This document shows, piece after piece, positions 43,732 to 49,274 of a stretch of 49,274 bases of DNA. Numbering within the stretch: the first letter of the stretch is position 1; each line of letters begins with the position of its first letter. The notes beneath the pieces are model-generated. The model was not told the DNA's origin. It was given only the letters and a program-made list of their open reading frames with translations, and searched no databases. Both the position numbers and the translations under genes were made by a program. Source of the DNA: Salpingoeca rosetta (taxonomy: Eukaryota; Protista; Choanoflagellata); NCBI GenBank assembly GCA_033442325.1, contig JAWQFM010000007.1:1724045-1773318 (forward strand). Reading direction: 5' to 3'.

Positions 43732-46609
43732 GCGCGGCTTCATGTCTGTACCGTTTGAAGCTCAGGGGAAGGCGATCAACCACGTTGAACACATTGGGAG
43801 ACCTGTCCCCATACACACGCACATGAGCACTTGCGTGGAGGCACAACATGCAACGATACGGACAGCTTTGCACTCACACCGATAGAAGCATGTCATGGGC
43901 AAACCCAGCCACACAAGCACGCAGCCACACACACACACACACATGTGCAACATACGTTGGCTTCCTTGACTTGAAGTTTGCCGCCTTGTCGATTTCTGTC
44001 CACAGCCGGCGAACGGACGGCTCTGAGGGCCGCATGCACAGGCTCGAACTGACACGTGTGCATGTGCAAGCATACCCGAATGCCACACACGTGTGCAAGA
44101 GTGATTGTGCATCGTGGTGTGGGAGTTTTGTCAGGAAGGACGGCAGAAACCACGGATGCAAGTGCAAACCAGGTGACGTGCAAGTGAATTGTGAAGGGCA
44201 CATGACCAGCACAAAACAGAGAGACAGGCATACAGGCAGACAGACATACACGCACACACGCACACACACAGACATACATACACGCACACACACAGACAGA
44301 CATACACAGACATACACAGATACACACACAGACAGACATACACAGACATACACAGACACACGCGAGCTGACTTACACCATGACACCGCCGCCACGGCCCT
44401 CGTCGATCCAGGTGAGTGCTGGGATGCGTTCGTGGTGAAAGTGCACACAACAGCGGGACAGTTCCTCGTCCTCAATCTCCGACGGCACATACAGCAGCGG
44501 TGAATACGATTCGGAAATCTGGCAGTGACAGGCGAGGGTGACGAGTGGTGGTTAGCGTTGCGTTGAGCGCGCGTGTGCGTGCAAGTGCAGGTGCTACGCG
44601 GCAGGTGCAAATGGCGACGGCGAAACGGCCATTGCTGCAACTTCATGTTTTGTCACAGAACACATGCTCGGGGCAGATGGGGGAGGCGCAAGGCAGTGCA
44701 CGGATACCGAGACACACGCGCAGACACACGCGCAGACACACACACACACAACGCAGAAGCAGAAACAAGTACCTTGTACTTTCTGTTGGCAAAGCAGGCT
44801 CTCCAGAGTGCGGCTGCGCCCTTGTTTCTCTTTGCGCCGAAACCAATGCGGTCCATTGTGCGCTTGAGCGATTGCACTGTCGACGACGCACTCGCATCCG
44901 AGAGGAACACGGTGTCCTGCAGACCAGCATCCTCAGGCAGGAACTCTAGAAACGTACAAGCGGGAAGGTGTGTTCGTGTGAGTACGTACGTACGTATGGG
45001 TGAGTGTGAGTGTGTGGAAGTGTGTGAGTGTGTGAGAGAGAGAGTGTGTGTGTGTATGTGTGTGAGTGTGAGTGCAAGTGTGTGTGAGTGTGTGCAAGTG
45101 TGAATATGCATGGGACAGAATCAGGTGGCTTGTAAATGCGAGTGCATGCTGAGCCGACCAGTGCTTGCACCTCTAACCAAGAACGGAAGGAGTGGGCGTG
45201 TCAATGCCAAGCAAGCTCCTGTTTCCGCTGCCACTTCTCGTGTTGTCTTTTGACCCGCGGCGCTATTGTGACGTGGACGTTGGAGATGGGTTGAGCAGCA
45301 GTGCAAGGAAAGTGAAAAAGCACCTGCGTCTGGCAGAGATGTGGGCTGCTGACCCCGAACACTGTCTCGATACACAGGCACGCACATATACGTTCACACA
45401 GAGACACAGACACAGATAGACACAGACGCACGCAGACACCCACACAGACACAGATAGACACAGACGCACGCAGACACACACACACACAGACACAGATAGA
45501 CACAGACGCACGCAGACACACGCAGACACACACACAGACACAGATAGACACAGACGCACGCAGACACACACAGATAGACACACACAAACACACACATACA
45601 CACACACACGAATACGCGCGCACACACACACACGAGGAGCCTCACCGGTGCTGTTGACAGGCGGGTGGTTGCCTTGCGGTTGAGGGCGCGGCGGACGGCA
45701 GTGGTGACCTTGATCTTGTTGTCGTCCTGACTCCAGTGCTCTCGTTTGTGTCCAGTGAAGTATGCAAACGTGTTCTGCACACATTTCGGTGGCGATGGAT
45801 ATGATACATGAGCATGCAAGCACATGCTCGCAACACATGCAACACATGCAGCAAATGCAATGTTGACATACAACATGTGTACATGCAAACATAGACACAG
45901 ACACGCAAACGCAGACGCACACAGAAACGTATGCACACAATGACAAGCTCACCTGCACGCTTTGCACTGAGCAGAGCTGGTGGATCTTTGCCTTGAGGTC
46001 GTTCATGGCGGCGCGGCGGTTGAGGGGAAAGCACACACGCATCGTCACCATGTTGCGAGTCGAGATGACAATGCCGCGTGGCTCCCACTTGCTCGCCTGT
46101 GTGTGTGTGTGTGCATGCGTGCGTTTGTGTGAGTGCGTGCGTTTGTGTGTGCGTGTGTTTGTGTGTGCGTGCGTGCGTGTGTGTGTATGTGGGTGCGTGC
46201 GTGTGTGTTTGTGTGTGCGTGCGTTTGTGTGTGCGTGTGTGTGTGAAGGGTGATGTGGAGACGCAATCTACGTGCTTCGCACGATCTGGTTGAGATGCAA
46301 TCTACGCGCTTCGCATGATCCACGTTTGTCAAGTGAGCACACGAAACAGCGCTCACACCATGGTCCGCACCTCCTTGTGTGCGCCGGCATCGATGGTAAA
46401 CCACTTGACGCGGTGGATGGATGTGATGGTCGCAGATGCACGCACGGTGTCGCACGGATCAGCCGAGTCCTGTCCAGCACAACGCAATCCATGAGCGCTC
46501 CATGTGTTGTGCTCACGACAGCACGGAACAAGGTAGTCGCCACCAGCAACTATGCTTGCACGAACAGCTCCTCAACGATGAACAAAATGAACAACGCAAA
46601 ACGTTATCC

Positions 46610-46653
<44 letters not shown>

Positions 46654-48379
46654 CATACACACACAGGCACACGTACACACACGAAGTGCACTAACGGAGA
46701 CGGTGCTGGTGAAAGGGTGGAGCGCAAAGGAGGTGGACGACGAGTCGTCTGGCAGCGGACTCTCAACACTGAAATCAGGATGGTGGGCAGGGTGTTAGTG
46801 CGAGCGCAGTCGTGACACACATCTAGTATTGCATTTGCTCAAAGGTTTCAAAATGCACACACAGGCAGACAGGCAGGCAGGCAGGCAGACAGACAGCCCC
46901 CCCCCCCCCCACACGCAAATACACAAGTGCACACACCAAACAAACACTGCATGCTCAAGGACACACGCACTCAGGCGAGCAAGCAGTACATCTGAGCACC
47001 CTGAATAGCGACTGAACAGCGACTTACTCGTCATCGACAAACGGGACGGACGGCTCGAGCTGTCGCCGCATCAGCTCTTCGTCCATCTCATCGGCCTCCT
47101 CCTCCTCCTCCTCTCCCTCTTCTTTTTCTCCTCCATCCCCAGCAGCAGCGCTGTCGCCATCACGCTGCACGGTCGTTTCTGCGCACACCTCAAGCTCCGT
47201 GCTGGTGGTGAACACATCCACTTCCACACCGGCATGACTGTCGCCGCCATCGCCACCATTGTGCAAGTTCAGCGATGCCTCGAGCGCATCTGTCATAGTG
47301 TCGGTTGACACTGCCAGCGATGGTGGCCCACTGCGTGTTTCACTGCCCTGCACACCACCAAACACGGGCTGGGATTCCCGCGAGCCTGAGAGACCGGCAT
47401 CGTTCAGGTCGCTCGTCGTGCACTTGCGGGCGGCCGCTGCAACAGACGCGCGGTGCTGCCAGATGGTCTCACGCGAGCGCGCATCCCGAAGCACAACACC
47501 ACCGTCGTCGTTGCCGCTGCTTGGTTGCTTGCCAGCGCCACTGTTCGACATTGCAGGCAGGGACAGTGATGATGACGACAGGGACGAGGACGACGCCACC
47601 GGCGCTGTCTTGTTGGCGTTGACGGTGGCAAGTGAGGGAGTGGTGGGTGTGGGTGCATGGTCCTGTGCACGCTGGGCGACGCGCCGTCGTGCTTCCACAA
47701 CATCCACTGGTGCGGCTGGTGCCGTTGTTGCTGCTGGGGCTGTTGCCGCTGTTCGCGCCCGCTCTCTTTCTTGCTTCACCTGTGCACCAGATGCTGTCAT
47801 GAGGGGATTCACGCTCGTCGCTTTTGCCTGCAGGCAATTCTTTTTCCCCCCAGCCGCCATCAGCGCGCCATCAAAGATGATGCGGTAGTTTGTCACAATC
47901 ACCATCCCCGACGCCGCGCGCCAGTGGGAGCGGTGCGGCGTGAGCAAGATGGCGTCGCTCAGGCGCATGATCTCCACCTCGGAGGGGAGGAGCACAGACC
48001 CGAGCGAGGGCGAGTCGCGTGCCAGCTGCGACAGGGAGCGGGACTTGGTGTGGGGCTCCTCAAACCCAGCTGCGTCCGGCAAGAGCGATGGCATCTGGAA
48101 CTGACTCTCGTTCAGGCGCGACGTGGACGTTGTCGCTTGTGCAACCTGACACGTGGCATCAGGAGGAAGTGGTGGTGGTGGTGGTGCACGGTGGTGTGTT
48201 GCAATGTTCAAGTTGAGTGACGCATGCAAGGGAGGAGAAGGGGAGGGGAGACGAGAGAATTGTTCGTGTGGGCAAGACAAGTTAAGCACTTGGCATACGT
48301 ACACACACACGCACACACACACACGCACGCACACACACACACGCACACACACACACACACACACGCACACACGCACACA

Positions 48380-48420
<41 letters not shown>

Positions 48421-48520
48421 NNNNNNNNNNNNNNNNNNNNNNNNNNNNNNNNNNNNNNNNNNNNNNNNNNNNNNNNNNNNNNNNNNNNNNNNNNNNNNNN
48501 NNNNNNNNNNNNNNNNNNNN

Positions 48521-48557
<37 letters not shown>

Positions 48558-48976
48558 TGCACACACGCACACCCACACACATACCTGGTTGGGGAGGGTT
48601 GCGAGAAGTGCTGCCATTCGTTTGCGTGGAAGGTGCAGCATGACAACAGCCTGAAGCGCAAATGCACACCATGTACACATCGAACGAACGCATGCGCGCG
48701 TGTGAGCCAGTGTGAAGTGGACGATAGGACGCAATCGTGCGTCAATGAAGACACGCAGCAGTAGATGTGGCAGCTGTCGCGGGGTTGCATGAAGCAAGCG
48801 ATAGCTCGTACCCTGCGAATGAACGCTTGCACGTCGTGCTCAGGCACGTTGAGTTGAACCATGTAGCACATGAGTAGGCCAAGCTAAGGCGAACAAACAC
48901 AGCGGTGTGAAAATCACTGTTTCACAAAGCTCAAGCATTGCATACGTATGCACACACACACCCACACACACACACC

Positions 48977-49028
<52 letters not shown>

Positions 49029-49274
49029 ATGTCCCCGTTGACGAGAAGCGGATGTGCAACGCGGCCCTCACCTGCTGGAAGACGAGGCCTTCCTCCTCAG
49101 CATCCAGCGTCGCCTGCGCCTCAGGGCCGTGCGCTTGCAGCCTGACGTCAAGCGAAACAAAACATGGGACAGAGGTGGAGAGGGAGGGGGGCATGGCGTA
49201 ATTGCGGTGGGGAAAGCGAATGAGGGTGTAACAGAGGAGGGGCAAGAAGAGATAAGCGCACATGTGACACAATA
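40684..49274 (-). CDS. SBF1/SBF2 (MTMR5/13)-like myotubularin pseudophosphatase; 5' part lies beyond the window
   Basis: PH-GRAM start LLPSE...[12 protein letters not shown]. Myotubularin blocks YSPLLYVP...[30 protein letters not shown] and [13 protein letters not shown]. The catalytic HCSDGWDR is replaced by FSLGSGRD. C-terminal PH domain KGYMYKR|[15 protein letters not shown]...IDLRD...WVEWL, stop at 40684. Confidence 0.85.
40936..41085. repeat. Intronic ~22-26-bp tandem repeat (gtgagtgagt..gtgtgcgtaaa)
   Basis: About 5 imperfect units are visible. Confidence 0.8.
42429..42513. repeat. Perfect 20-bp minisatellite (acacgtgtagttgtgttgga)x4 in an SBF intron
   Basis: Four identical units read directly from the sequence. 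Confidence 0.95.

Overview
Eukaryotic genomic DNA from a draft assembly with N-gaps. It is GC-rich and intron-dense, with introns full of (CA)n/(TG)n microsatellites. The style resembles the choanoflagellate Salpingoeca rosetta, but that is an inference and not verified. Most ORFs in the supplied track are microsatellite noise, so real genes were rebuilt exon by exon from GT..AG junctions and protein motifs. Left to right: two decayed Ty1/copia fragments in opposite orientations; a cytochrome P450 (-) with an atypical I-helix and no membrane anchor; a Stum/SPEC3-family membrane protein (+); URI1/Bud27 (-); an intronless acidic coiled-coil ORF (+); a large gene apparently encoding BAR-like + coiled-coil + SH3 + I/LWEQ domains (-); an intronless alpha-tubulin (+); SPATA5/AFG2 (-); a CEP70 homolog with a ~950-aa disordered tail (-); and the 3' part of an SBF/MTMR5/13-like myotubularin pseudophosphatase (-). 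The best leads are the BAR-SH3-I/LWEQ architecture, the non-canonical P450, and introns where (UG)n sits in place of the polypyrimidine tract, including one with a 5' (CA)n / 3' (UG)n pairing.
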